Of a DNA stretch of 42,556 nt, positions 1 through 8,933 are shown piece by piece; position 1 is the first letter of the stretch, and each line of letters opens with the position of its first letter. This DNA comes from Minisyncoccia bacterium (lineage in GTDB: Bacteria > Patescibacteriota > Minisyncoccia > Phycocordibacterales > UBA9973), in assembly GCA_038247045.1 (NCBI GenBank), contig JBBRVK010000001.1, forward strand, positions 1 through 42,556, given 5' to 3'. A program made the translations under genes and the position numbers. The notes below the pieces were generated by a model, which saw only the letters and a list, made by a program, of their open reading frames with translations, was not told where the DNA came from and did not search any database.

Positions 1-207
1 GCTGGAGGTTGTTTCTCTGTTGATTCTGGAACTTCTGCTCAATACGGAACAACTGATTGCTTTACCAGTGGAGGAAATCCAGAGAGTTCATTCCAGAAAA
101 CAACAGTTACATATACATATGGTAGTAATGGTGGAGTTACATACTATGTCTACCGTTCTCCCAACCCACTTGCTCCAGGAAACTCGATAACTTATATCAC
201 TCAATAA
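1..207 (+). CDS. 3' end of an ORF that runs off the window (68 codons, ...NSITYITQ*). Hypothetical Gly/Ser/Thr-rich protein, probably secreted
   Basis: Frame 1 is open from base 1 to TAA at 205-207. The stop lies 1 nt before the ATG of the next gene, which looks like operon coupling. No domain is recognisable in the fragment. Confidence 0.45.
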   Translation, partial: AGGCFSVDSGTSAQYGTTDCFTSGGNPESSFQKTTVTYTYGSNGGVTYYVYRSPNPLAPGNSITYITQ

Positions 208-208
208 T

Positions 209-3200
209 ATGATTAAAAAGAATTTTATCTTCAAAAGAAATATGGTAATGGTCGGCATGCTTATATGTGCCGTTTTCATTTTATCCTATGGGCGAGTAAT
301 GGCCTTAAATGGACCGAGCACAAAACTAAATGGTCTCTACTTAGGTAACACTATTGTTGTCGGAGATACTTCTGCTACTTGGGCAATTGCTGATACAAAT
401 TATTTAAAAGGGGGACACATGCAAGCTGAAAGTCACACTGACTACATGTCTCACTTGGATCATCTTCAACTTCTAACAATTCCTCAAGCTCGTCGTTCTG
501 TCGGCATGCTCGTCACCGTTGCTGATGACAATGATGGAGCTGCAGGAAGTCCTGTTGTTACTTATTTACTTATTACTAATCCTGCGACTGCCTTAACTAC
601 TGATTCTGATTGGACAGTTTTCATGCCTTCACTAGAAAATAATTCTGGTAAATATTTAACGACTGATGGGACGAATGTTATGTGGGGGAATGGAGGGTCA
701 AGTTCTCAATGGACAACAACAGGTTCTGATATTTATTATAATACTGGAAATGTTGGTATCGGAACAACAACTCCTTCTCAAAAACTTGAGGTAGTGGGTA
801 ATGCTCTAGTTAATGGAAATCTTGCTGTTGGTAATTCTGCGGTTTCCGGAAGTTCAACTTGGGTAGATGGAACGATTGTTCCGACTCTTTTAAGTGCATC
901 TCAAACAATCGGAGCAGATGCTGGAGTCAGATATGCAGGTGTTAATAGTTATTTAAGACTTGATAGTACTGCCACTGATTCAAAATATGCAGTGTTAAGT
1001 GTATTAGAAACACCACCAACTAATATAAATAATATAACAGGCGGTATTAGGAGTGGTATGTTTATTTTAAATCATAATGGTAATGGTATATTTTCATCAC
1101 CTATTGGAATACAATCATTAGTATCTCTAAAATCAGGTGGTACTATGACCAATACAAAAGGTGCAGAGCTGGGTATATTGAATACCAATATAGGTACAAT
1201 ATCATCAGCTATTGCTTCTAATAATTCCATCACTAATCAATCAACAGGTATAATAAATTTAGCCATGAGTACTAGTGGTACTATTGTAAATTCTGGTAAT
1301 GGAACTATTACAAATGCTGCTTTAATGAGTACGTATTTGCGTAATGGAACAAATGGTACAGCTACTGGTGCAACAATTAATTATTTATATGGATTATCAT
1401 TAGGAAAAAGTGAGACTTGGTATAATTATGGTACAGTAAATAATTCCTACGGTATATATTTAGACCCGTCAATTGATGTAGGCACCACAAGATATTCTAT
1501 TTATAATGCCTCACTATCTAATTCATATTTTGCTAGTAACATAGGTCTTGGAATAACTTCACCAACTGCATATTTAAATATAAAAGCCGGTACTACCACC
1601 GCAGGAACCGCTCCACTTAAATTAACAAGCGGAGTAAATCTTGGAACAACAGAAGCTGGAGCAGTTGAATATAATGGTACTCATTTATATTTCACCGCCG
1701 CTAATGCTGGAACAAGATATCAACTCGACCAACAGGTGACATACCCATCAGCAGGTATCGCTTTCTCAACAGGTTCTGCATGGGGAACATCCTACACAAC
1801 AAGTGGGACGGGGACCGTTCTTGCTCTTACCTCATCTCCAGTACTTATAACACCCACTCTCGGAGTGGCAACTGCAACTTCAATCAATGGATTAGAACTT
1901 TCTGCTGAGAATACATATTTTAATACAAAGATTGGAATCAACGCAGGATTAAATATTATTCCTGGATCTAGAAATAATACATATGTTGGATTTGAGTCAG
2001 GAAAATCTGGTGCGACGGGAGGAACTTTTGATGCAGAATATAATACAGCGATTGGTTTTAAATCCTTCACATCTAATCTTACTGGATATGAAAATACAGC
2101 ATTGGGGGATTCAACTCTTTACTCAAATACGACAGGAAGTGGTAATACAGCTTCTGGATCTCAAGCACTTTTTAATAATATTTCCGGTAATGGAAACTCG
2201 GCTTCTGGTTATGCAACATTACTTGCCAATACAACAGGAAGTACAAATACTGCTACTGGTTCTTATGCACTATCTGCCAATACAACAGGATCAGATAATA
2301 CTGCAAATGGAAGCAACTCTTTACTTTCTAATACAACCGGTTTAAATAATTCAGCATATGGTGTTCTTTCTCTTTACTCTAATACTACTGGGAATAACAA
2401 TACATCTTTTGGATATCAATCAGGTAGATATATTGCTTCTGGGACTACTCCAAATTCTACTTCAAGTAATTCACTTTATCTAGGTTACGATACTCGAGCT
2501 GCAGCTAATGGTGATACAAATGAAATTGTTATTGGTTATGGAACCGTTGGTAACGGAAATAATACTACAACTCTTGGAACAAATAATGTCCTATTTATAG
2601 GTAATAATACAATTTCAGGTAAGGTTGCACGCTTTATAAATAGTGCAGGGTACTGTGATGTTAATCCAACAACAGCATCTCTTATATGCTCTTCAGATAT
2701 AAATTTAAAGAAAAATATTACCGATTTTAATAATAAAGAATTTACTCTTCAAGAAAATTTTAATACTTCAGATATTTCAATTTTGGAACGTTTAAATTAT
2801 TTAACTCCCGTAAATTATAATTGGAAGAATGAAATAGATGGCACAGATAAACATATTGGTTTTATCGCTCAAGAAATGGAACAAATATTTCCCAATTTAG
2901 TATTTATTGATTTTGCGACAGGTAGTAAATCAATTGCTTATACAAATATGATTCCATATATGGTAAAAGCAATACAAGAAATGGATTTAAAAATAAATGA
3001 AATTAATAATTTAGAAAAAACAAACAATTGGAGAGATAATCTAATTTCATGGTTTGCTAATAGTAAAAATGGTATTTCACATTTATTTGCAAAAACAATC
3101 ATAACCGAAGGAATGGAAATGAAAGATATTGCCACTGGGGATACTTATTGTGTTGTTATTACAAATGGTGAATTTAATAAAGTAAGAGGAAAGTGTGATG

Positions 3201-3499
3201 AAGTATCTTTAAATAAAGCAGTAGAACCTACCCAACCAGAAAAAACACCTGCTGTTGTTGTGCCAGAAATTATAGTCCCAGTAGTAGTAGTACAGGAAGT
3301 CGTTCCAATTATTGAGGCTCCTGTTATTGATAAAAAAATTACTCCGGAAGTAATAGTTGCACCAGTTGCTCCGGTTGATATAAAAGTAGAAAATAAAAAA
3401 GAAATAATAGTTCCCGTTGTTGTTCCTATTGTTGCGCCAGTTACATCTGTTGCTCCTACTGAAACTATAAATATAAATACAGAGGGAAAAGGTTTATAA
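209..3499 (+). CDS. Large secreted tail-fibre-like surface protein with Hep_Hag/YadA-like 14-residue repeats and a peptidase S74 (intramolecular chaperone) domain
   Basis: 1096-aa ORF. N-terminal hydrophobic signal/anchor MVMVGMLICAVFILSYG. NVGIGTTTPSQKLEV motif. NTAxGxxALxxNTTGxx repeats at about 2040-2430. SSDINLKKNI...HIGFIAQEMEQIFPNLV at about 2690-3004. Pro/Val-rich tail. Confidence 0.85.
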   Translation: MIKKNFIFKRNMVMVGMLICAVFILSYGRVMALNGPSTKLNGLYLGNTIVVGDTSATWAIADTNYLKGGHMQAESHTDYMSHLDHLQLLTIPQARRSVGMLVTVADDNDGAAGSPVVTYLLITNPATALTTDSDWTVFMPSLENNSGKYLTTDGTNVMWGNGGSSSQWTTTGSDIYYNTGNVGIGTTTPSQKLEVVGNALVNGNLAVGNSAVSGSSTWVDGTIVPTLLSASQTIGADAGVRYAGVNSYLRLDSTATDSKYAVLSVLETPPTNINNITGGIRSGMFILNHNGNGIFSSPIGIQSLVSLKSGGTMTNTKGAELGILNTNIGTISSAIASNNSITNQSTGIINLAMSTSGTIVNSGNGTITNAALMSTYLRNGTNGTATGATINYLYGLSLGKSETWYNYGTVNNSYGIYLDPSIDVGTTRYSIYNASLSNSYFASNIGLGITSPTAYLNIKAGTTTAGTAPLKLTSGVNLGTTEAGAVEYNGTHLYFTAANAGTRYQLDQQVTYPSAGIAFSTGSAWGTSYTTSGTGTVLALTSSPVLITPTLGVATATSINGLELSAENTYFNTKIGINAGLNIIPGSRNNTYVGFESGKSGATGGTFDAEYNTAIGFKSFTSNLTGYENTALGDSTLYSNTTGSGNTASGSQALFNNISGNGNSASGYATLLANTTGSTNTATGSYALSANTTGSDNTANGSNSLLSNTTGLNNSAYGVLSLYSNTTGNNNTSFGYQSGRYIASGTTPNSTSSNSLYLGYDTRAAANGDTNEIVIGYGTVGNGNNTTTLGTNNVLFIGNNTISGKVARFINSAGYCDVNPTTASLICSSDINLKKNITDFNNKEFTLQENFNTSDISILERLNYLTPVNYNWKNEIDGTDKHIGFIAQEMEQIFPNLVFIDFATGSKSIAYTNMIPYMVKAIQEMDLKINEINNLEKTNNWRDNLISWFANSKNGISHLFAKTIITEGMEMKDIATGDTYCVVITNGEFNKVRGKCDEVSLNKAVEPTQPEKTPAVVVPEIIVPVVVVQEVVPIIEAPVIDKKITPEVIVAPVAPVDIKVENKKEIIVPVVVPIVAPVTSVAPTETININTEGKGL

Positions 3500-3507
3500 A
3501 ATAAATT

Positions 3508-4062
3508 TTAATTATTAAAACCACAAAGAGAAAAGAATTCTTTTTCTGTCTCTTTATCTATTTTATCAGTTACGATAATAATAAGTTCCGTAGATAGATT
3601 TAAATCTTTTTTAATATTTGTGAAAAGATGTTCATACGGATACATTGATATCCAAACAGAATTTTTCAAACAAACAAAACCGGCCTTCTTAAGTAAATAA
3701 CGAAGAGCTTCTCTTTCGTTCTTTCTGTCCTCTGGAATATCAAGTAATATTATCCGCCAGTAATTATCCCAAGAAGTTGAAACTAGACTCGATTCATTTT
3801 CTAGAGTAATATTGTTTAATTTTTGTTTTCCTTGCTGTGTAAGTCTGAAATACTGCTTATTATCAGAGTTAAAGGCCTCTAAAAGCCCATCTGAGAGTAA
3901 ATTTTTGATTGAACGGGAAATAGCATAGTTGGTTTTATTCTCTGTTTTACAATCACCTAAAACAACTTCTCCAACGTCTTTTTGAAGGGAATCTAAGGGT
4001 AAAACTCTCTTTTTTGAAAGAGTTTTAAGTATAGCTCTTTGAATTGAAGGCTTTTTTGCCAT
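3508..4062 (-). CDS. PaaX-like transcriptional regulator: N-terminal winged helix plus C-terminal Cas2/PaaX_C-type ferredoxin-fold domain
   Basis: 184-aa ORF. The C-terminal WRIILLDIPEDRKNEREALRYLLKKAGFVCLKNSVWIS pattern is typical of PaaX_C/Cas2-fold domains. The N-terminal part looks like a wHTH. It is divergent from dnaK. Confidence 0.6.
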   Translation of the reverse strand: MAKKPSIQRAILKTLSKKRVLPLDSLQKDVGEVVLGDCKTENKTNYAISRSIKNLLSDGLLEAFNSDNKQYFRLTQQGKQKLNNITLENESSLVSTSWDNYWRIILLDIPEDRKNEREALRYLLKKAGFVCLKNSVWISMYPYEHLFTNIKKDLNLSTELIIIVTDKIDKETEKEFFSLCGFNN

Positions 4063-4069
4063 ATAAAAT

Positions 4070-4075
4070 ATTATA
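4070..4075 (-). promoter_or_regulatory. -10 hexamer TATAAT exactly 7 nt upstream of the ATG of the PaaX-like gene (leaderless configuration)
   Basis: The minus strand reads gaatTATAATattttatATG. Confidence 0.45.
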
Positions 4076-4111
4076 ATTCTTTTTTATATATTTAACAAGT
4101 ATTTAGTGGTC

Positions 4112-4137
4112 GCAAATTACTTGTCAAAATAATTTGC
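4112..4137. promoter_or_regulatory. Inverted repeat GCAAATTA-N10-TAATTTGC that encloses the dnaK -35 box. Candidate operator
   Basis: Perfect 8-bp arms at 4112-4119 and 4130-4137. A second inverted repeat, ACAAGTA (4095-4101) / TACTTGT (4118-4124), overlaps it. Confidence 0.3.
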
Positions 4138-4149
4138 TTGGTATATAAT
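4121..4149 (+). promoter_or_regulatory. Sigma-70-type promoter of dnaK
   Basis: TTGTCA (4121-4126), 17-nt spacer, TATAAT (4144-4149). The ATG is at 4215. Confidence 0.5.
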
Positions 4150-4214
4150 ATAAAAGTTAGGTAAAAAATAACAAATTATCAACTAATTATTATTAATAAT
4201 AAAATAAAGAAAAT

Positions 4215-6107
4215 ATGAGTAAAATTATAGGTATAGATTTAGGTACAACAAATAGTGCGGTTGCTATAATAGAAGGAGGACAACCAAAAATTATCGAAAA
4301 TATTGAAGGAGCTCGAACGACTCCCTCTGTTGTTACGATGACAAAAAATGGAGACCGAATGGTTGGTCTTCTTGCTAAACGTCAAGCAGTAACAAATCCT
4401 GAGAATACTATTTATGGTATTAAAAGATTTATTGGTCATTTGTATGAAGATCCTGAAATTCAGAAAGATGAGAAAACTATTCCTTATAAAATTCAGAAAG
4501 GTTCAACTGGTGGTGTTGAAACAAAAATGGGTGATGCTTGGCTTCGCCCCGAAGAAATTTCAGCAATGATTCTAAGTAAGATTAAAGCTGATGTCGAAGC
4601 AAAACTCGGAGAAAAAATAACAGAAGCAGTCATCACCGTTCCTGCTTATTTTAATGATGCCCAACGTAAGGCAACAAAAGATGCTGGTGTAATTGCTGGA
4701 CTTGATGTTAAGCGTATCATTAATGAGCCGACAGCTGCCGCACTTGCTTATGGTTTCAATACAAAGAAAAATGAAAAAATAGTTGTTTACGACTTTGGTG
4801 GAGGAACATTTGATGTTTCTGTTCTTGAAGTTGGAGATGATGTTATTGAAGTTAAATCAACAGATGGAGATTCACATATGGGTGGAGAAGATATTGACCA
4901 GAAGGTTGTCCGTTGGATTGCAGATGAATATAAAAAGGAATCAGGTATCGATGTCACAAATGATATGTTGGCACTTCAGCGTCTAAAAGAAGCAGCTGAG
5001 AAGACAAAACATGAGCTTTCCACAACTATGGAATCAGAAATAAATATTCCATTTATCACTTCTGATGCTTCAGGTCCAAAACATTTACTACTAAAGATGT
5101 CGAGAGCTGTTCTTGAATCACTTTCAGAAGAATATGTAACTCGTTCTATTGAAATTACTAAACGTGCGCTTGAAGCTTCTCCATTTAAAATGGAAGAAAT
5201 TAATGAAATAATTTTGGTTGGTGGTCAGACAAGAATGCCAGCTATTGTAGATGCTGTTAGAAAATTATTTAATAAAGAGCCAAATCGTTCTATTAACCCA
5301 GATGAGGTTGTAGCTCTTGGAGCTGCGGTTCAAGCGGGTGTTCTCCAGGGAGATGTTCGTGATGTTCTCTTGCTTGATGTTATACCTCTATCACTTGGTA
5401 TTGAAACATTAGGTGGAGTTGCGACAAAATTAGTTGAACGAAATACAACAATTCCTAGTTCAAAATCACAAATATTTTCAACTGCGGCTGATAATCAGAC
5501 AAGTGTAGAAATACATATAACTCAAGGTGAGCGTCCAATGGCCACAGATAATAAATCTCTTGGAAGATTCATCTTAGATGGTATTCCACCATCACCACGT
5601 GGTATTCCTCAAGTTGAGGTAACTTTTGATGTTGATGCAAATGGAATATTAAATGTGAAAGCAAAAGATAAAGCTTCAGGCAAGGAACAATCGATTCGTA
5701 TTGAAGCAAGTTCTGGACTTTCCGAAGCTGATATTAAAAAAATGAGAGATGAAGCTGAAATTCATCGTGATGAAGATGCTAAAAAGAAAGAATTAGCTGA
5801 TGAAAAAAATACAGCTGAAATGATGATATTTACTGCTGAAAAATCAATCAAAGATTATGGAGATAAAGTAACACCTGAAATAAAGACTGAAATTGAAGTT
5901 AAAATCGCTGAAGTTAAAAAAGCTAAAGAAGGTAATGACATGGAAGCTCTTAAGAAAACTACAATGGAACTTTCAAATGAAATGTCAAAAATTGGTGAAG
6001 CAATGAGTAAGGCACAACCTGAACCTCAAGCTGAAAATAAAACACCAGAAGAACAAGAACCAGAAATTAAGGATGCTGAGGTAAAAGAGAATCCAGAAAA
6101 AAATTAA
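4215..6107 (+). CDS. dnaK: Chaperone DnaK (Hsp70)
   Basis: 630 aa. [18 protein letters not shown] and [11 protein letters not shown] signatures, with an acidic C-terminal tail. Confidence 0.97.
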   Translation: MSKIIGIDLGTTNSAVAIIEGGQPKIIENIEGARTTPSVVTMTKNGDRMVGLLAKRQAVTNPENTIYGIKRFIGHLYEDPEIQKDEKTIPYKIQKGSTGGVETKMGDAWLRPEEISAMILSKIKADVEAKLGEKITEAVITVPAYFNDAQRKATKDAGVIAGLDVKRIINEPTAAALAYGFNTKKNEKIVVYDFGGGTFDVSVLEVGDDVIEVKSTDGDSHMGGEDIDQKVVRWIADEYKKESGIDVTNDMLALQRLKEAAEKTKHELSTTMESEINIPFITSDASGPKHLLLKMSRAVLESLSEEYVTRSIEITKRALEASPFKMEEINEIILVGGQTRMPAIVDAVRKLFNKEPNRSINPDEVVALGAAVQAGVLQGDVRDVLLLDVIPLSLGIETLGGVATKLVERNTTIPSSKSQIFSTAADNQTSVEIHITQGERPMATDNKSLGRFILDGIPPSPRGIPQVEVTFDVDANGILNVKAKDKASGKEQSIRIEASSGLSEADIKKMRDEAEIHRDEDAKKKELADEKNTAEMMIFTAEKSIKDYGDKVTPEIKTEIEVKIAEVKKAKEGNDMEALKKTTMELSNEMSKIGEAMSKAQPEPQAENKTPEEQEPEIKDAEVKENPEKN

Positions 6108-6118
6108 CGTCACTTCAT

Positions 6119-6212
6119 AGAAGATACTATTTTTGAGGTCTTCGGTTCGCTCGTGCAATATCGTATTTCAGATAATAACGAGCTCAACCAGACCATAAAA
6201 ATAGTATCTTCT
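6119..6212 (+). repeat. Intercistronic long hairpin, family member 1 (dnaK-dnaJ gap), with a nested insertion hairpin
   Basis: Arms AGAAGATACTATTTTT (6119-6134) and AAAAATAGTATCTTCT (6197-6212) are perfectly complementary. Core GAGGTCTTCGGTTC (6135-6148) and CCAGACC (6188-6194). Inner GCTCG/CGAGC stem at 6149-6153 and 6179-6183. Confidence 0.65.
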
Positions 6213-6227
6213 ATTGTTACGTTTATG

Positions 6228-6233
6228 TATAAT
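6228..6233 (+). promoter_or_regulatory. -10 hexamer TATAAT 7 nt upstream of the dnaJ ATG (leaderless configuration)
   Basis: tatgTATAATaaaaaatATG, with the ATG at 6241. Confidence 0.45.
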
Positions 6234-6240
6234 AAAAAAT

Positions 6241-7323
6241 ATGCCAAAAGACTATTACAAAACATTAGGAATAGAAAAAAATGCTTCTAAGGAAGAAATA
6301 AAAAAAGCTTTTCATAAACAAGCTCATAAATTTCACCCAGATAAAAATAATGGCGATGATTCAAAGTTTAAAGAAGCTAATGAAGCCTATCAAGTCTTAT
6401 CAGATGATAAGAAGCGTTCTTCTTATGATCAATTCGGCAATGCAGACGGTCCTCAGGGTTTTGGAGGAGGGCAAGGTGGTCCATTTGGTGGCTTTGATTT
6501 TAATGGTGGAAATGGTGGAGTTGAATTTGATATGGGGGATTTAGGAGATATTTTTGGAGATTTTTTTGGGGGCGGTATGGGGCGTGGTAGAAATAAAGTA
6601 AAAAGAGGTAGAGATATTTCAACTGAAATAAATATATCTTTTGAAGAATCAATTTTTGGAATTGAACATACTGTCAAAGTAAACAAACAATCTAATTGTA
6701 ATACTTGTGGTGGCACAGGAAGTAAACCAGGAACTAAAATGAATACTTGTAGTGTGTGTAATGGACAAGGACAAGTTCGTGAAATAAAGCGTTCTATTTT
6801 AGGTAATTTTTCAACAATAAAAACTTGTGATAATTGTGGCGGCACTGGTAAAATTCCTTCAGATAAATGTAGTGACTGTAGAGGTGCTGGGGTAAAAAAA
6901 CAAGATGAAGAAATTACAGTAAAAATCCCCGCCGGAATTAATGATGGTGAATCTCTTCGTGTTAATGGTAGAGGTGAAGCAATTAATGGAGGAGAATCAG
7001 GTGATTTATATATTAAATTAAATGTTAAAAAACACCCAATTTATTCTCGTGATGGAACTAATTTATTAATGGATTTAAAGATTAAATTAACTGAAGCATT
7101 GCTTGGGGTGACATATAATCTTAAGACATTAGATAATCATAATATCGAAGTGAAAATACCTGAAGGTATAAACAACGGAGAGATGTTAAGGGTTCGAGGT
7201 AAAGGGGTGCCTTCCGTTCATGGACGTGGTGATATTATAATTCGGATTCAGATAGATATGCCAAATAAATTATCTCGCAAAACTAGGGAAGTTATAGAGA
7301 TGTTAAAAGAAGAAGGTTTGTAA
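6241..7323 (+). CDS. dnaJ: Co-chaperone DnaJ, type I: J domain, G/F region and four CxxCxGxG zinc-finger repeats
   Basis: I place the start at the ATG at 6241 ([10 protein letters not shown]), not at the track's 6214. HPDKN motif, GGFGG-rich linker, and the [24 protein letters not shown] and CSDCRGAG repeats. Confidence 0.95.
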   Translation: MPKDYYKTLGIEKNASKEEIKKAFHKQAHKFHPDKNNGDDSKFKEANEAYQVLSDDKKRSSYDQFGNADGPQGFGGGQGGPFGGFDFNGGNGGVEFDMGDLGDIFGDFFGGGMGRGRNKVKRGRDISTEINISFEESIFGIEHTVKVNKQSNCNTCGGTGSKPGTKMNTCSVCNGQGQVREIKRSILGNFSTIKTCDNCGGTGKIPSDKCSDCRGAGVKKQDEEITVKIPAGINDGESLRVNGRGEAINGGESGDLYIKLNVKKHPIYSRDGTNLLMDLKIKLTEALLGVTYNLKTLDNHNIEVKIPEGINNGEMLRVRGKGVPSVHGRGDIIIRIQIDMPNKLSRKTREVIEMLKEEGL

Positions 7324-7477
7324 AAATTAGGAGTTAATCTTATAAATAACCAGATACGGGATTTAAGCCCTATCTAGGATCTACCTTATTTTTCTTTACA
7401 AATTTTCATATTTTGTTATGATGTGTCATGTTATTATTATTATTTATTACGGGTAGACAAATGCCTGGTATAAAGAA

Positions 7478-8863
7478 ATGACTAAACGTTCAATCGCATC
7501 CAAAAAACTTTGGAAGCTTGGTATTAATGATTTTAATACTCAATACTTTGATTTTAACAAAGAAGGAGATTTAATAATCAAAGAGGGTCACAATATCTAT
7601 AATGTTAAATATTTAGCTGAAAAATTTGGAACATCATTAGAGATATTGATGCCTTTTGTGATAGAAGAAAGACTAGAAGATTTTTTAGATCTTGCTGCTT
7701 CACTTTCAAAAAAAGTTGGGTATAAGGGTAAATTCTTTTATCATTATCCAATGAAAGTGAACCAAAGTAGAGATATTGTTATGTCTATTGTTGGAGAAGG
7801 GGCTCATCTTGAGACTTCTTCTTATAATGAACTATGGCTAGTCAAAAAAATGCTTGAGCAGGAAACTTTCGATCCGAATATTCGAATTCTTTGTTCTGGT
7901 CCAAAAACTGATAAATATATAAATCTGATTGATGATCTTCAGCATAAGGGAGTTAAGATTTTTCCTTTAATTGAGGGACCAAAAGAATTAAGATTTCTTC
8001 AGTATTCAAAATATGATGTAGGGATAAGACTTGATATGCCAATAAAGGCAAATTCATATTGGAATAAGCCAATTGATCGTTTTGGTTTTTCCGCAAAAGA
8101 AATACTTGAAATGGGAACTTTTAAAAATCTAAAAATATTACATTATCATGTAGGCTCACAAATTGAAAAACTATCTGATGTTTTAGTTCCAATAAAATAT
8201 GCTCTTGATGTATATTTTAAATTGAAAGAAAAAAATCCATCTTTAGATACATTAGATATTGGGGGTGGTATGCCAATTCCTTACACTCGCACTAAGGGTT
8301 ATTCCGTAAATAAAATTTTGGAAAAAATTCTTGAACTTGTAAAAAAGGAATCAGAAAAAAGGGAACTTCCTCATCCAAATTTAATTTGTGAATGGGGACG
8401 TTATATTGTTGCCCCAGCTCAAATTACCGTTTTTAAAGTAATTGATACAAAAACTATTTTAAATAAAAAAAGTCCGGCTAAAAAATGGTATGTAGTTGAT
8501 GGTAGTTTCATGAATGATCTTCTTGATACTTGGGCTATCGGACAAAAATGGGCAATTTCACCAGTAAATACCAAAAGAGATGATGATCTAAAAGAGGTAT
8601 GGCTAGCAGGTTCTTCTTGTGATTCTGATGATATATATACTGGGGTTGATGGAACTGTAACCCTACCTAATTTTGATGCCAGTGATGACAGTGAAGGACC
8701 AATGTATATTGTTGTATATGATACTGGAGCTTACCAAGACTCATTATCAGCTAAACACTGTATGTTATCTGCTCCAATGAAGGTTATAGCTGAGAATGGA
8801 CATCTTGTTGTTGCAAGACCTCATGAATCACCTGAAGATATTGGAAAAACTTTTGGATGGTAA
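7478..8863 (+). CDS. speA: Compact SpeA-type PLP-dependent arginine decarboxylase (Orn/DAP/Arg decarboxylase fold)
   Basis: 461 aa. YPMKVNQ, LHYHVGSQ, DIGGGMPIPY and EWGRY resemble the SpeA motifs YPIKVNQ, HFHLGSQ, DxGGGLGVDY and ESGRA. Confidence 0.75.
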   Translation: MTKRSIASKKLWKLGINDFNTQYFDFNKEGDLIIKEGHNIYNVKYLAEKFGTSLEILMPFVIEERLEDFLDLAASLSKKVGYKGKFFYHYPMKVNQSRDIVMSIVGEGAHLETSSYNELWLVKKMLEQETFDPNIRILCSGPKTDKYINLIDDLQHKGVKIFPLIEGPKELRFLQYSKYDVGIRLDMPIKANSYWNKPIDRFGFSAKEILEMGTFKNLKILHYHVGSQIEKLSDVLVPIKYALDVYFKLKEKNPSLDTLDIGGGMPIPYTRTKGYSVNKILEKILELVKKESEKRELPHPNLICEWGRYIVAPAQITVFKVIDTKTILNKKSPAKKWYVVDGSFMNDLLDTWAIGQKWAISPVNTKRDDDLKEVWLAGSSCDSDDIYTGVDGTVTLPNFDASDDSEGPMYIVVYDTGAYQDSLSAKHCMLSAPMKVIAENGHLVVARPHESPEDIGKTFGW

Positions 8864-8885
8864 AAAAAGTTAAAAATTAATAAAC

Positions 8886-8918
8886 AAAAATTACCAAAGC
8901 GAAGCCTTGGTAATTTTT
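8886..8918. terminator. Bidirectional intrinsic terminator between the convergent speA-like gene and asd
   Basis: AAAAATTACCAAAGC-gaa-GCCTTGGTAATTTTT, with an A-tract on one side and a T-tract on the other. Confidence 0.7.
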
Positions 8919-8933
8919 GTTTTAAATTCCTAG

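Noticed and set aside
2040-2430. Tandem DNA repeats or a CRISPR-like array in the repeat region of the tail-fibre-like gene
   Set aside because: The periodicity is at the protein level (14-residue NTAxG...NTTG units) and the nucleotide sequences diverge. It lies inside a continuous ORF.
3508-4062. Possible Cas2 / CRISPR-Cas remnant
   Set aside because: The C-terminal domain has a Cas2-like ferredoxin-fold pattern, but it is fused to a wHTH, as in PaaX-family regulators. The window contains no cas1, no other cas gene and no repeat-spacer array.
4063-4214. CIRCE/HrcA operator upstream of dnaK
   Set aside because: TTAGTGGTC at 4103-4111 resembles only the left CIRCE half-site. No GAGTGCTAA-like right half follows at N9, so this is not a CIRCE element.
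6214-6240. Longer N-terminal extensions offered by the ORF track for dnaJ (6214), trpS (25137), rpiB (41219) and the sigma-fragment gene (31645)
   Set aside because: In each case an internal ATG begins exactly at the conserved N-terminus of the family (MPKDYYK, MNKYSKIVMTG, MKIFIGSDHAG) or follows a GGAGGA SD (31732). The extensions overlap promoter-like sequence.
6453-6845. 130-aa minus-strand ORF, Pro-rich, antisense to dnaJ
   Set aside because: It lies entirely inside the well-supported dnaJ gene. Its Pro-rich sequence is the reverse-complement reading of the Gly-rich G/F region codons. It has no motif and no independent start context.
7352-7375. Hairpin AGATACGGG-atttaag-CCCTATCT after dnaJ, as an intrinsic terminator
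   Set aside because: The stem is short with a bulge. The nearest T-run starts about 13 nt downstream rather than adjoining the stem, so this is too weak to call.
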